The notes: a model not told the origin generated them from the letters alone. DNA of 64,000 nt from Adineta vaga (GCA_021613535.1 CP075492.1:16430001-16494000), one strand, 5' to 3'; positions 37,201 to 51,055 are shown, numbered from the stretch's first letter. Program-made: numbers and translations.

Positions 37201-40200
37201 TGAAAAAGAAAAAGACATCTTCAATTTATGATCTAGATTATTCTACTATCAAAAAAAGGTATTTCATCAAATAATGATTATGGGATCTAGTTGTTCCGGC
37301 TCACGACCCCAGTTCAAGCGAGTTGAAGATCTCTTGAAATAGTCTTTTTTTGAACAAACTGGTCTATTCGAAAAGTTCTCTTGCAATGAACTAAAATATT
37401 TAAAAGAACAGATTTAAGAACTACATAGCCCCCACAAGAACACTGCTATGTCTCAACGGTCCTATAAATCATATATATATATGACTTGGGCGCCGGTAAT
37501 ACATAGTAGTATTCTCGTGCAAATTATCCAGTGCTTAAACCTAATCTATCGAGTAGTTCAGTTCGTTGAAAGAATCATTTTTAACAGCTCTGAACGAAAA
37601 CTGAATTTGGTGGATATCTAGTAATGACTGATACAAAAATGTCTTGATTTATATTATTATAATTATGTTCTGTTTTCTTTACCATACTACCGCGTTCAGC
37701 GTGAGTAGAAAAACCTTTCGTTTGACCCGCTTTTGATACTCTTTGACCAAGCACATAGCCAGTTAGAACAATCAATGGAGTAAAACAGAGAAGAACAAGT
37801 GTTAATTTCCATCCAGCAGCAAAGCTTATGACTAAACCGGCAACTAAAGTACCAACAGCATTGAGAAAAGCTCCAATAGTTACACCAGTCATTCCTTTTA
37901 ATGCAGCTGCATCTTTTGAAAGACGTGTAACAAGAATATTATGTTGATTATCTTCTTGATCATACCAAGACATTTCTTGACGTAACATTGCAGCAAATGA
38001 TATAACACGCATTCGCAGAGTTAATGCCTCTCCCGATCGTGCAAATGCATATGATGAAATAAATTGACAGAGACCACCAGCCAACCCAACAAAAAATACA
38101 ATAATCGAATAATTTCGTGCATTAAGTGCTGCTGTTTCAGCATCTTGAGTAAATAATCCAAATACACGGGAAAAGATCAAAGTATATGCTGGAGTAACTG
38201 CTCCATAAATCAATGATGTTATACTTCCTAATAGTATTGAAAACCATTCGGGAGAATTAAGAGCAAGTATTCGCAAGAAAAATGGTTTTCGACAAATACT
38301 CTTCGAAATTGGCTCTTTTTGTTTTGTTTCATCATCACTCTTCTTTGGAGATGTTTTAGAGCGAGTTGAATGTCGTGAACCTTGTCGTTTCAATTTACCT
38401 AAAATATATACTTCAATGGTTGATCGGTTGGAGAACAACTTGCAAGAAAATAATAAATGAAGACTCAAAAAGAAAAAGAAGTTAATTTTTCATAGAAATT
38501 GATCAAAGGTAATTGAGGATAGGAATTTTGAATTATGTTATCGATAGTAGTTCGATGTGTGAATATGTATTATGCATAGAAGTAGACAATTTAGTGTGGA
38601 AAACTCAATGATTCGTAGTTGGTATTCCGAAAACGACCTTTAAATGAAAACCATGTGCTCGATGACAAGAGTGAACTTTTCTCGGTCTCTTTCCTTTCGC
38701 ACTAAACATGTTTGTGCTTTTTACTCATTGCATCATCTGTCAATTAAGATTTTCGAACGGCACTGAAAGGTTTTTCGTGAGAGTTCATGTAAGATGATCA
38801 GAAGAATTCGACTGTTCGCAAGGTAAAAAGCGAAATATTTGCTTTAAATACGATCTATGTCCATAAACTACTATACATTCGAAGAAATTAATATATCACA
38901 GATAGAAGTCTTCGTCTCATATTAGTTCCTACTCTACTATTTCATTAAGCAGCCTTTCGGTCGATTGTTCGAATATAGTCGAGTAAAGAAAGCAGAAGAT
39001 TTGGTTATTCTTCAGTCTTTCGACTTGAAAGTCTTACAGGTACGATCTTCTCTTGCTCAGAATGATAAACCCCAACATTGAATCATTTGCGCTTGATAGA
39101 GAAAATAGAGATCAGTGAAGTCGCATCTTTCGATTCCAATTCTGACCTCAAGCATTTAGTATTAGACTAATTTTAATACAAAAGTATTAGTTAATGCAAT
39201 GCTAATGCTAAGCCGCCACCACTGTTATTCGTTGATTGTTTCGATAGTTAGTAAGATAATTCTTTTATAAAATCAAATTATGTAACATACCGGAAGCACG
39301 TTTATTTTCATTTTCACAATCGTTATCTTCGTCTTCACTACTCTCATCATGTGCATCCGCCAAGTTTTGAAGCTTAACTGCTTGTGCATAATGTCCATTA
39401 AGTTTCATTAAGTCTTCATGAGTTCCTTGTTCGTCGATTCGACCTGCTTTGAGACCGATAATATGATGTGCGTTTCGAATTGTGTTTAATCGATGAGCAA
39501 CAACAATGGTTGTTCGACCTTGAGAAGCTCGTTCAAGACCAACTTGAACGTCACGTTCACTCTTTGAATCTAATAGAGAAATCATATCATTTACTCCATT
39601 TTATAGTTTCAAACTAAATTTGGTATTTCGATTTAATCTTTGCATATCAATCGAAATAATATTCAATTTCAGTGAGATGTTTCTGTCTATCTTCAATTAC
39701 CTAATGCAGATGTTGCTTCATCTAAAAGTAGGATCTTTGGATTCGATAAGACTGCTCGTGCAATAGCAATTCTACAATGAAATTTTGTTTTAATAAGTTA
39801 GAAAAACATCATTTAATAAGTAAATTTACCTTTGTTTCTGTCCTCCTGCCAAACGTGATCCTTGAACTAATGTATTATAACCCTAAAAGTAAAACAAAAT
39901 AAACTACTTCCAGTCCTGAAAAAACATTCGTATATTCATACATCCGGTAATTCATTAACGATGAAATCGTGAATATTAGCTATTCGTGCAGCTGCTTCAA
40001 TATCTTGAGTAGTCGCTGTGGCTTGACCAAAGCGAATATTTTCAGCAATTGTATCATTAAAAAGAATGGGTTCTTGAGAAACCACAGCCATATTTGATCG
40101 AAGCCAAGATAGGTTTAAATGACGAATATCATTATTATCGAGAAGAACCTAATCAAATAAATAATACATCATTATTACTTATAATATATGTACTTGTCCT

Positions 40201-43200
40201 TTATTGGGATCATAAAAACGTTGTATTAGATGAATAATTGTGCTCTCTAAATATTACAATATAACGTGTATCATAAAATATAAGTAAAAGTATTAATGTA
40301 AATACTTACTGCCACAACCAGTTTCACCAACAATTCCCGTTGTCTTGCCTGCAGGAAAACGAATGCTCATATTATTCAGAATCTATGAATGAAAAACGAT
40401 TGAATTAAATATTAAAGTATGTTCAAGAGAAGTACATCGGATGTCATATATTATGAAGGGATATTTCTTTATAATCTATTTTAAGATAGTCCTTATAACT
40501 TTTCTAACTTTACCTAGGAATATTCTTCATAATCCTTGAAGTTCAGTAAATTAGTGTCATTTATCAAGTCTTTACTGCTCCATAGAAGGAAAGGATATTC
40601 TAGATAGGTCGTTAAACACTATTTAGAGTATCTTCTAAACATTTTTATAGGTTATTTAGATATCAATCATAGATCATTATAGATTATCTGTAGTTAGCTG
40701 ATCCCCCTTGGATATTTTCTTATAATTCTATTTCCTACAAAAAGTATTCATTTAAGATTCGAAATCTAATTTCATTCGGACAATAAAACATAGTTTTTGA
40801 AATTTTTGAATTCCAATCTAAAAATGCTTTTGTTTTATAAAATGAAAATGATTAATAATATACCGGTCGATTTTCTTTTCTTGCTGGGTAATTAAATGTA
40901 ACATTACGAAGTTCAATATCACCTCGAATTACTTCTGGTTGATTGTTCATCTGATTGGAATAATCAATTGGTGACTTCTATAAATAAATAATCGTTTAAA
41001 TAATTTATTCAAGAAAAAGTGAATTACAAATTCAACTAGTCGTTAATATATCTATAAAAAGCTCCACAAGCGCATCCCGCGCGTGCTATTTTTATCTTTC
41101 TCCTCAACTGTTAAACAATGAGACAACAAAACTGATTCTCGTTTATTTCAACTTGACGAATATGAAAAGAAAATTAATCTTTTTAGATAAATGAAAGCGT
41201 TTTAAACATTGAATATATTTGTGTTTTGTCATATTAATTACTCTCTCGATCTTTTTACATACCCGATCAATAACGGCAAATACTTTTGCTCCTGAAACGC
41301 TAGCTTCAATAAAAGCAACTATATATGGAATGAACATTGCTATGCTATGTGTTGCAAAGAGACATGAGGTAAAAATCTTAAATATTCAAATAAGAATAAT
41401 TTATATCTAAAAAAAAAGAGTTAAAAACATACAATCATCGTGACACCAGCATCATAATTCCAGCATTCTACACGTGCCAAATACGGTCCATACCAAAATA
41501 TGAGAGCAATGGCACCATACAAAGCAATGTTAACAAATGCTTGGCAAATACCAAGAAAAAGACCCTTTTTTAAACCGGCATTCTTTGCATCTGTTAAATT
41601 TTGTTCGTATCTATAGAAAAAGTTAAATTAGATTGGAAATAAAAAAATGTTTTTCTTTACCTATGACGTTCATGCTTTTGACCTCCAAAAGCGGTCACCG
41701 TGCGAATAGCTGAGAAAACTTCATCAACAATTACATTTGCTTTCATATAAGCAGCGCCTTCGAGTATGGTAAACTTTTTCATAACCTATCTCAATATTAA
41801 AACAGAAATTTTGAAAATAAATTTGCCGCCATGATATAATGTTGGTAGCCGTTTTATTCAACATTCAAATTATTCTTTTAAACAAAGTCGTTGACTTCAG
41901 AAAATCATTAAAGTACATATTTTATGCTGGAAATTTTTAGAGTATATCCTCAATATCAAAGTTTCATTCTCTGTTTTTGATAAGTTTAAAAATTGAAAAG
42001 ATACTCATCAATCCCTTACGAAAGCTATGAAATGTTTTTAGATATGCAATCATGGAGAAAAACAGTGAACTTCAACACTTCTGAAATAAAAGAATCCCAA
42101 GAAGTCCCGAAAAGTACGCTTGTTTCCTCTTGTATTTAATCGAGAAAGATGTCGTAAAATTAGTCCGATAGTATACTCACAACAACTGTAATATTAAATG
42201 TGACAATAATAACAGGAGAAACACTTAAGAAAACCAAGGTAAGTTTCCAGCCGTTCCATATCGAATATACCAAACAACCAATGATACGAGCAAGAAGAGC
42301 TGTACAATCAGCCACTTGATAACCTATTCCTTCACGTATATTATCCAAAGCGCTAAAATATAAATAATATGAGTTTCTAACAAGTACATTTTCTCTATGT
42401 TTTTCGAAGTTTATATCAAAAGTGCTTTACTATTGATTAGTTTCTACTTAAGTATTTTTCAACTGCCATTCTTTTGGCAGATTTCGTCATCTGTACTGTT
42501 ACAGGTGGTTATTCACATCATCCTCTCTCTCCCTCTCGCTCAATGATATATCTTTCTTTATGTCCTTCTTCCTCTTAGATGATTTGTTTGTTGATGTGAT
42601 ATCATTTTATTACATATCGTCATCTCTATAGTTTCGTTCTTCTCTTGTTATACCTTGATGTGTGTGTGTCATCATATATATATATATATAAGTGTATTTT
42701 TTCTCTCATAAGGGGTTGCTACAGATGTATGTAGTATTTGCGTGTTTTTCTTTTATCAAATGAAAGGTAAAACATAATATCCTAATATGTTTTCATTTAT
42801 ATTTGTGTGAGTATTGTTTTTTATTTATTCGATTACTCCTCTATGGCTCATTTTTAGATGTTCAGATGATCTTAAAAATATGTATTCAGTTATTTCTAAG
42901 ATAAATGAATATATCAATTGATTTTGTTCCCTTTTGTAAAAAATAATGAGTTTTCTCAAACATTTCTGACTTACTCTACAAGTAGACCAGTAGAAAGATC
43001 GCTTGACGATCGACAATCAAACCAACCAATATTTTGTCGCATAATATTTTTAATTAATGCATATCTATAGTAATTCTAAGAAGTGTTTCTTCTATCTAAG
43101 TTTTATTAGACTTTTACCTCATCTTACGAACTTGACGATCAGCTGATATAATCCAACAGTTAAAAGCAATGCATAGAAGTACAAAACAACAGCTACCAAT

Positions 43201-43716
43201 TATTGGATACCATTTAATGACTGACATTATATTATCGTAAGGTGAGAGATTGTTGTCCATATATGATGTTTTATTACGACTAAAGATTCATAAAATATCT
43301 TTTATTTTAAATAGAAGAAAACAAATTTAAAACTAGTTACCAGCTTAATCCATTATTTTCTGTTGTTTCAGAGTCTGTTTGGTTTCTTCCGATAGCAATA
43401 AATGAATCAATTACGTTTTGATAAATAAGAAGAACCAATGGATAAAATGCACCACTAGTGATTGCTATGAAAGAAAAAAGTTATATATAAAAATATTTTC
43501 AAAAACATAGAAACCACTACTAACCAGCCAAAAGTCCCACGATCATCATGATTTTATCCCACTTGTCAGCAAATCGAAACTAAACAATTGAAGTTTTTTT
43601 TTCTACTGGATATATATCCATATGACAGAAGACTTACAATGCGAAAAGGTTGTAATCGTATTGGAGAAGACTCATCTATTGTGCTTTGTACTGTTTCAGA
43701 TGTTGTTGATTGGTTG
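34202..43716 (-). CDS. Full-length ABCB/P-glycoprotein (MDR1-like) transporter, many exons; first exon unresolved
   Basis: [24 protein letters not shown]; NBD1 GETGCGKS / LAGGQKQR / [11 protein letters not shown] / VAHRL; TMD2 LNSPEW; NBD2 GPSGSGKST / LAGGQKQR / FDEANSALN / THRL. Confidence 0.93.
36307..36496. mobile_element. Intronic hairpin/MITE-like element
   Basis: TGAAACCACTGACAACA...GCACTAGAGCAC..AAAAACTG is mirrored by CAGTTTTTTCGTGCTCTAGTGC...TGTTATCAGTGGTTTCA. Confidence 0.65.
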
Positions 43717-45837
43717 CTTCAAACAGAAAAAAAGATATGCCTAGGCGCTATCCACATCATATATATAGTAGACAACCAAGAAGCTCAGCTTGCATCCAAC
43801 GAAATCAGGCTATAAGAACGAGGTCTATTATAACCCTTGTTTATTATAGTCATGCGTAAGCGTCTATGTTCTCATTCTCGCTATTGCTCGTAATGTTAAC
43901 TACTGTTCCTTCGTGACCCTTAACACAGTTGTACTAATTGCGATTTATGATTAGAATACATTTTTCTTATGCTATAGGCCAGTACGAGCTTAATTATTGT
44001 CATTTATTTTCAAGGGCATTCTATGCAATCAAAGCTTCTTCGATATTCGAACTCGAATTAAACAATTCATGGATTAAAACGCTTTAGTCTTTCTTAAGAC
44101 AGGTGTTTCTTTGAACTATTACGAGAAAATTTGATTCCATGAATGTATTTGATTACTAATGAAATAGTGGAATTTTTCATGGCTAGCATAGTAAAATTCG
44201 TTCGCATAGAAAACCCAAAACATATAACTTACTCTGTAATATCATTAGAGCCGTTTTGGAGATGTACTCTTGTATGTTCGTCAATATAACCATTATTGAT
44301 GAAATCAGAATTGCTATTATACTCATTCAAATTACGTTTACTATCAGCATGAACTCGGTGTTGATGATGCATAATAATTCTCGCACACTAGAATTATTTT
44401 ATTGTGTTTATAGACGTACGTATAATAATAAAGAGAAATGTCTAATGATGCAGAAGACAAGTATCACGGTCCTCTATATTGTTCTGATAAATAATTCGAT
44501 GTGTTTTGCATCAGCTTAAATACACGACTGCATTATCTCATACACATTAATCATCACTAACCAATCAATGCTCGAGGTAGACTCTTGTTTGAGTCATCAG
44601 ATTAAGTGAGACGTACTGCATTTTTTCATCCGCCGTCACTTGGTTTTTACCTTCAACAGGTTTGCAACATTTACGCCATAATCTCGTCATTGTTTTATTT
44701 TTTTACGAACTCATCTTTTTGGGCAAATATTGACGCAGTGAGGAGCGAAGAATTTTGATATATATTTTCTATATTGCTTTTATCATCTCACCTTTTTAAT
44801 TGCATTTTCTTCGTCGTATCGCCGAAAGTTTGTTAATCACTGTTTCTTTCGAAGAAAGAGCAATATCTACTTTCTATTTTTATAGTACTTTAGAAAAGGT
44901 TATAAATACACGTACTGCAAAAACATCGGCGAAAGATGATATCGTCGAAAACTGCGCCGAAACTTATATCACCGATAGAGGTGTCAGTGTTCCCCGTTCC
45001 CTGTTCCGAGAACAGAAACGCATATTTATCTTTTCATTTTGTAGAAACAGTCAACACAAAATAGAGGTCACATTTTCTGACAATTCTAATCTGTAATTTT
45101 TTTAAAGTTTTGAAAGCAGTGATCATGCTTTCTAATTTATAGACTGCATTAGCAAGGAACAGAGATGATAAAGTTGAAATCATATACAAATTGATTCTAT
45201 TAATAGAATAAATTATTCAAATTACTTTTAGTATTAAGGGTTTCAATAGTATCTAGATAATTATATAATCATTACTACATAAAAAATGATCAAAAATTTT
45301 CTCATTATGTATATTACGATCTTATACATCGCTACATATTTCCTAGAAATTCAATTATCTAAACATTCATTAATAAATGATCCAATTGAAATGTAAATAT
45401 AGGATCAGAAATGAAAAAGACTAAAAGTAAATGAAAAGAAGCAAGAACATTTATACATGATTTTACACTCAACAGTTTTTTTTGTTTTGTTCTGTTCTTT
45501 CACAATCGACGGATGGTGAACGACAATCCATTATATATGCTTTTGCACTTAATTGTCCCCGATAACATCCTTTTCTGTCAAATATTCAATTGATACATAT
45601 TACTTCTATGTATTTTGTCAATCTGTTATTACAGTTTGTTATCATATCTTGCATTTGAACATGAATACTTCATATGGTCGCCGTTCTCTCTCCCGAACAT
45701 CTTCTGTTTCTTCTGAACTACCAACACCCATTACAAGACGACGAAAAATTCGTCAAAATTCGAATTCAACTCTTCAAAAGACTTCGTCTGCCTCACCCAA
45801 GCCTATTAACTGTTCGTTTAGAAGACTTCAAACCATC

Positions 45838-45909
45838 TTGGGTGTCGGTGGGTGGGTATGGCTACTGCATCTATCTAACACTCACACCCAAACCCACACC
45901 CACACCCGA
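45838..45909. repeat. Telomere-hexamer palindrome followed by a GCGAT-type minisatellite fragment
   Basis: TTGGGTGTCGGTGGGTGGG...CACACCCAAACCCACACCCACACCC. Confidence 0.8.
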
Positions 45910-46226
45910 AAAGTTCGGCAATGTCTATTTCGACGAAATATATGTCGAATATTTCTATTTCGACGATATCACCTTTCGGCGATGTTTTTTTCGGCGATGA
46001 GTGTGACAACCTGTTTTATTTCCAACATGAGTAAGCAAAAAATAAATGTCTATTATAATACATCTAACGATATTCACACGTGGAAATGTTTTTTGATAAG
46101 CTTATCAAGACTTGCTATATATAGGATAACTTCTTTTTGCATCAAATTATTATTCTTTTTTTTTCTCTACACAGATAGCATTAACTTTACATCGAATCTA
46201 GATATCTATCTACAAAGTAGAGAAAT

Positions 46227-46571
46227 ATGGCATCATCAGACGAACACAAAAAAGCTGTTGAAGGTTTCATTGCTGCATTATCTGCTCACAATATTGATGA
46301 ATACGTTTCGTATTATGATCCCAAATGTGAAGTAACACTTAATGGACAAGTTGTCATTCGATCAAGAGATGAATTAAAAAAACAGATGGAACAAAGAATG
46401 TCGGATCCCGATTATAAAGTTCATATTGTTGAATTTTTACCAATTGAAGGCGATGATTGTGTACGTTTTATTGTGGGAGATACAGACAAAAATCGAAAGG
46501 ATGAAACTTGTGTCTTTTCAAAAGAAGGAAAGATTGTCCAACAAATGATCACTATTCTAGACAAACAATAG
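46227..46571 (+). CDS. SnoaL-like / NTF2-fold small protein
   Basis: 114 aa, intronless; AVEGFIAALSAHNIDEYVSYYDPKC...SRDELKK and a C-terminal FSKEGKI match the NTF2-like pattern. Confidence 0.75.
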   Translation: MASSDEHKKAVEGFIAALSAHNIDEYVSYYDPKCEVTLNGQVVIRSRDELKKQMEQRMSDPDYKVHIVEFLPIEGDDCVRFIVGDTDKNRKDETCVFSKEGKIVQQMITILDKQ

Positions 46572-46909
46572 ACCGATCTTAATGCAAATATGACTTATTT
46601 TTGATGATTTTGAAGTTTTTTGCTCTTCTTAATTATGACTATAAACTACTAAAGTTGTGCTTTTCAGAGAGTACTGGTAAATGAATGAAATAAATAACTT
46701 TATGCACAAAAATACATTCGATATTTTTCGGAAACTGCGCAGAAAAGAAAGCTCAAAATGAACTTCATAGTTAGGTATGTAAAAACATTAATTAAAGTGT
46801 TTGTTGTGGATGTAGATTTGAGGATCTCCGCCATATTGAAACCCACACCCCTCTAGATACGTGTCTGATGAAAAGATCTACTTTATTTTAGTGATATGTA
46901 TGAAATAAT

Positions 46910-47592
46910 CTACAAATGTTTTGTTTTTTCATTGATAATCTTTTCACTCAATTCCCATAATTCTTGTGCTTCTTTCGAGTTATAAGCTGTAGAACTTGGT
47001 TGAGCTACTCTACAATCAGAATGATCTTTTCCAGGTTGAGCTTCATCTGATAAAGCACAATATAATGTTGTCATTGCTCCTTGACCTATAGACTATTCTT
47101 AAAAGCGGCCGTATAATTGATATTGTATACGATTTTTTGTCACGATTTAATCCTGTTGTTCCAATTGTACCAGGATGAAGTGAATAAGCTTTAATACCTT
47201 GATCACCATATCGTCTTTGTAATTCATTTGTATATAGAATATTCGCTAATTTTGATTCAATATAAGCTTGGAAAGGATTATATGAATTATTCTGAATAAA
47301 ATTAGTATTTTCTTTAGCAAAAACATGTCCAAGACTGCTTACATTAACAATACGTCCATTCGTTTTGATCAATAATGGTACAAGAAGTTGAGTTAAATAA
47401 AAATGACCAACTATAAATAAAACATAAGAATAGAAATATATCCGTAAACGATGTAACTTACTATGATTTGTTCCAAAAGTACTTTCTAAACCATCTTTAG
47501 TAAATTCTTTTTGTTCTTTTACAACACCAGCATTATTAATTAAAATATCTACTTTATCAATTTTTTCAGCAAACACTTTTACACTTGCTAAA
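46910..47592 (-). pseudogene. Short-chain dehydrogenase (RDH12/WWOX-like), 5'-truncated and frameshifted
   Basis: DILINNAG, FGTNH/GHF split by an intron, RIVNVSS, YIESK, SLHPG; GQGAMTTLYCAL...LWELSEK lies in another frame. No TGxxxGIG segment found upstream. Confidence 0.8.
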
Positions 47593-49266
47593 TAGAATGC
47601 ACCACTGTGTTGTCGGTGAGAATATAGACTTGTTATAGATGCCATTAATAAACACTCTCTATATAACGTAGGATATCTTAGCGTCCGATTTGACTTTTTT
47701 CTATAATTTATTCGTTCTATAACTCTGATCTTATTGGTGCCAAGTAAACCCATCCTAGTTCGAGGCCCAACATCTTTTGGGTGTGAATATGGGTGAAGAA
47801 ATAATATTCTGCCGAGAGAGATAATTAGATGAATGAGAAAAAAGTCGAGAGACAACTTCGTCTGATTAATTAATGAACAATAATGAGAAATGAGACTGAT
47901 GCCTCTTATTCAGAACAAACGTTATAGGCAGAAAAAAATAGATCAGACATACAAAATGTATGTGTAACAGATAAGCAGAAAAATGAATATCTGTTCACAT
48001 TAGAGAGGTTATAGTAGCTAAAGGGACTGAGAAAAGGTGTTCATGTTCAGAACCAAGAGGTATTCACAATAGTGAGGTGCATTTCCAGCAAAATTAGCTT
48101 CGTCGGACCCTCAAGTGTTCAGAATAAAGAGGTGTTCACTAGTAGAGGTTTTACTGTATGTACTTCTCATACGTCCGATAACAGAATTTTGTATTGGTAT
48201 AAATTGAGTTACTACAGTCGAAATTGAAAGATTTAGTAGTTGATCCTCCCATGCAATCATTTGAACATCAACAAACATACATAGACAGCAGCAAATCAAA
48301 AAATTTACCACAGCGAAAAGTACAACATAACATGTTATTCGACAATACTGAAATAAAAAAGATGATTGAAGTAATGTTTAAATTTTTGTTTCCAGTTAAA
48401 TATTTATATATGTATGAAGCATTTCGAATTTTCTTTTTTTTTGAATATCATTTGGTACGAAAAGATCTTTTGATTCAGAAACAGCAGACGTTTTAGTTGA
48501 ATATAAATTAATTGTGCTTCTTTCTGGCTTTATATAGAATGTGTCAATAAGAGGAATACGACGGCCGTTTAGCATTCAGGTCATGACCGATTGACCGATA
48601 ATAGCTGCTCAGACATCACATATAGAAATTTTGTTACATGTATATATATAGGAACAGAAATAAAGATCAGTCAATCGATTGAATAAAAAGTAAAAGTTTT
48701 CCGGTTAATATATATGTTCATATAAAGAAATAAATGTGATTAGTACTTTCATAGTTAATTCTTTGTTAAATAGGACATTTAACTGCTGAAAATTTTGAAA
48801 ACAGAATGAATGTTTAAAGAAGTATGGACTATAGATCAATGATCCTTTTATTCTAATTTATTGTAAAAAATCTTGATTTATTTGATTTTATTTTGTCTGA
48901 CGAAGAGAAAAACGACGATGAAGTTTTATACACACACACATACACATTTTTTCTTTGCAAATAACTATGAAAGGATCTTGTTTCATTATTTGCTATATTT
49001 TACCATATTTTATTATTAAATATTAAATCATCTTTTTAAAAAGGATATAAATCAAAGCAACAAGTCAACAATATGACTTTATTATAAAAAAACTACTTTA
49101 TCATTTACAAAGACAATAAAAAAATACGACATTCATTATTTATCGTCAACATTAATTAATAAAAACAAAATTTTCTTTCTAAAATCATGTTCTATATATA
49201 TAATAAAAAGTTTGCGAATGATTATTCTTTATTAAAATCTCGATTGATTTTGAGTGTTTCTCATCA

Positions 49267-51055
49267 ATGTATTTTCATTTTTCAAAGAAATTAATTCTTT
49301 TATTTATTTGGAATATAATTTCTGGTAAAAATATTTTCTTGAAATTTGAATCTTCTATTTATTTCTTCTTTTTTTAAATTTTAGAATCTTCAGTATTGTC
49401 TGAAGATTTAAATGAAACAATAACAATTTACAATAATTGTTTAAAGTCGAAATTTATTCGTTTAAATAGTGATACACGAAATTATTCATTTCATTCAATT
49501 CATATTGAAATATTTCTTACGGGTTCATATAGTTTTACAAGTAATAGTTCAATTGATACTTATGGATCTTTTCATCATAGTTCAATTGATTTAACTAATC
49601 TTTATAAAAGTATGATAACATTTGATGATAATAGTGCTGATAATAAACAATTTCAAATAAAACTTGGTTTATTATCGAAGAAATTGTATAATTTAATTGT
49701 TACAACTGCTATTCCAAATATAATTGAATGTTTTACAATTATAGTTAAAGGTCCAGCACGGGTTCATCTTATTCCGAATGATATTTTTTTCCAAGAAATA
49801 ACAACATCAACAAGTAAGTTAATTAATTTATATTGATTTTAGTTTTGTTTTAAATGAATTGATTAATATGATTTTTGTTTTCAGCAACAATTCCTCCAAT
49901 AATTCATTCAATTTATTCAGGAATATTATCAACAAATAGTTTATCATTCTCGCGTGATAGATCTTATTATACGAATCCTAATTATTATTACGAAGCAATT
50001 GAAATGATAATATCAACAACTGGTATTTATACTTTCTTTAGTGAAAGTTCAATGGATACTTATGGTTATCTTTATAAAGATTCTTTTGATCCATTATTTC
50101 CTTCGGAGAATTTAATTAAACAAGACGATAATAGTAATAACAATTATCAATTTCTTATTGAAGAAAATCTAGAAAATAAACACAAATATATTTTGATTAT
50201 AACAACAGATTCACAAAGTATTACAGGAAATTTCTTAATCAAAGTAAAAGGTCCATCATTACTTAATTTAACTACAATAAATTCACCGATAAGTAAGTTA
50301 AATCAAATCAAATAATATAATTCGATATAATTTCGTATCTTTTAGGTATTTATAGTAATATTCTTTCGATAAATAGTTCAATATATTCAAGATTTCAACA
50401 GAATGAAAATCGTTTTTGTTATTATTATCAAGCAATTGAGATTAAAATTAATACAAATGGTATTTATACTTTCTTTAGTGAAAGTTCGATGGATACTTAT
50501 GGATATATTTATAATAAATCATTTAATCCATTATATGCTTCTGAAAATTTAATGAAAACTGATGATAATAGTGGAAAGAATGAACAATTTCGAATAAATC
50601 TTTCTTTAAAATCTCATCATACATATGTTTTAGTCGTTACGACATATCAAGAAAATATCAAAGGAAATTTTTTAATAAAAGTACTTGGTCCAAATAACGT
50701 TCAGTTTCAATCAATTCCATCATTAACAATAAGTAAAATCAGGAAGAATTTTCTCACCAAAACAAATCCTTTTTTCCATTTAGACAATCAATCATGTATT
50801 GATCATCCTCGATCTAATCCCTATATTCCTAATCATAGTGATACAACATGTAAAAGAACAACAATTGCAATGATCGTTTCAATTTGGATTTTAGTCATTC
50901 TTATATGTTGTTGTTGTTGTTATGATCGATATAAAAAGAAAACTAGTTCAAATCGACAAGCAATTTCATTAAAATCAAATTCAAATAATAATAATTATCA
51001 ACAAGAACCTCCATCATATCAATCAGTTCTACCAATAACAATGCAATATATTTAA
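49267..51055 (+). CDS. Type I membrane protein with three repeated beta-sandwich-like domains
   Basis: Signal exon 49267-49324; three exons sharing YYxAI..G.YTF.S.S..DTYG......F.P....NL...DDN; TM IAMIVSIWILVILI, Cys-rich juxtamembrane segment, PPSY (PPxY) tail. Confidence 0.75.

Noticed and set aside
44600-44690. MTRLWRKCCKPVE as first exon of the ABCB gene
   Set aside because: Plausible, but I could not establish a phase-compatible splice to the exon ending at ~43716.
45553-46335. 260 aa ORF as a real gene
   Set aside because: It reads through a palindrome, a minisatellite and the SnoaL gene in another frame; at most a short Ser/Arg-rich fragment is coding-like.
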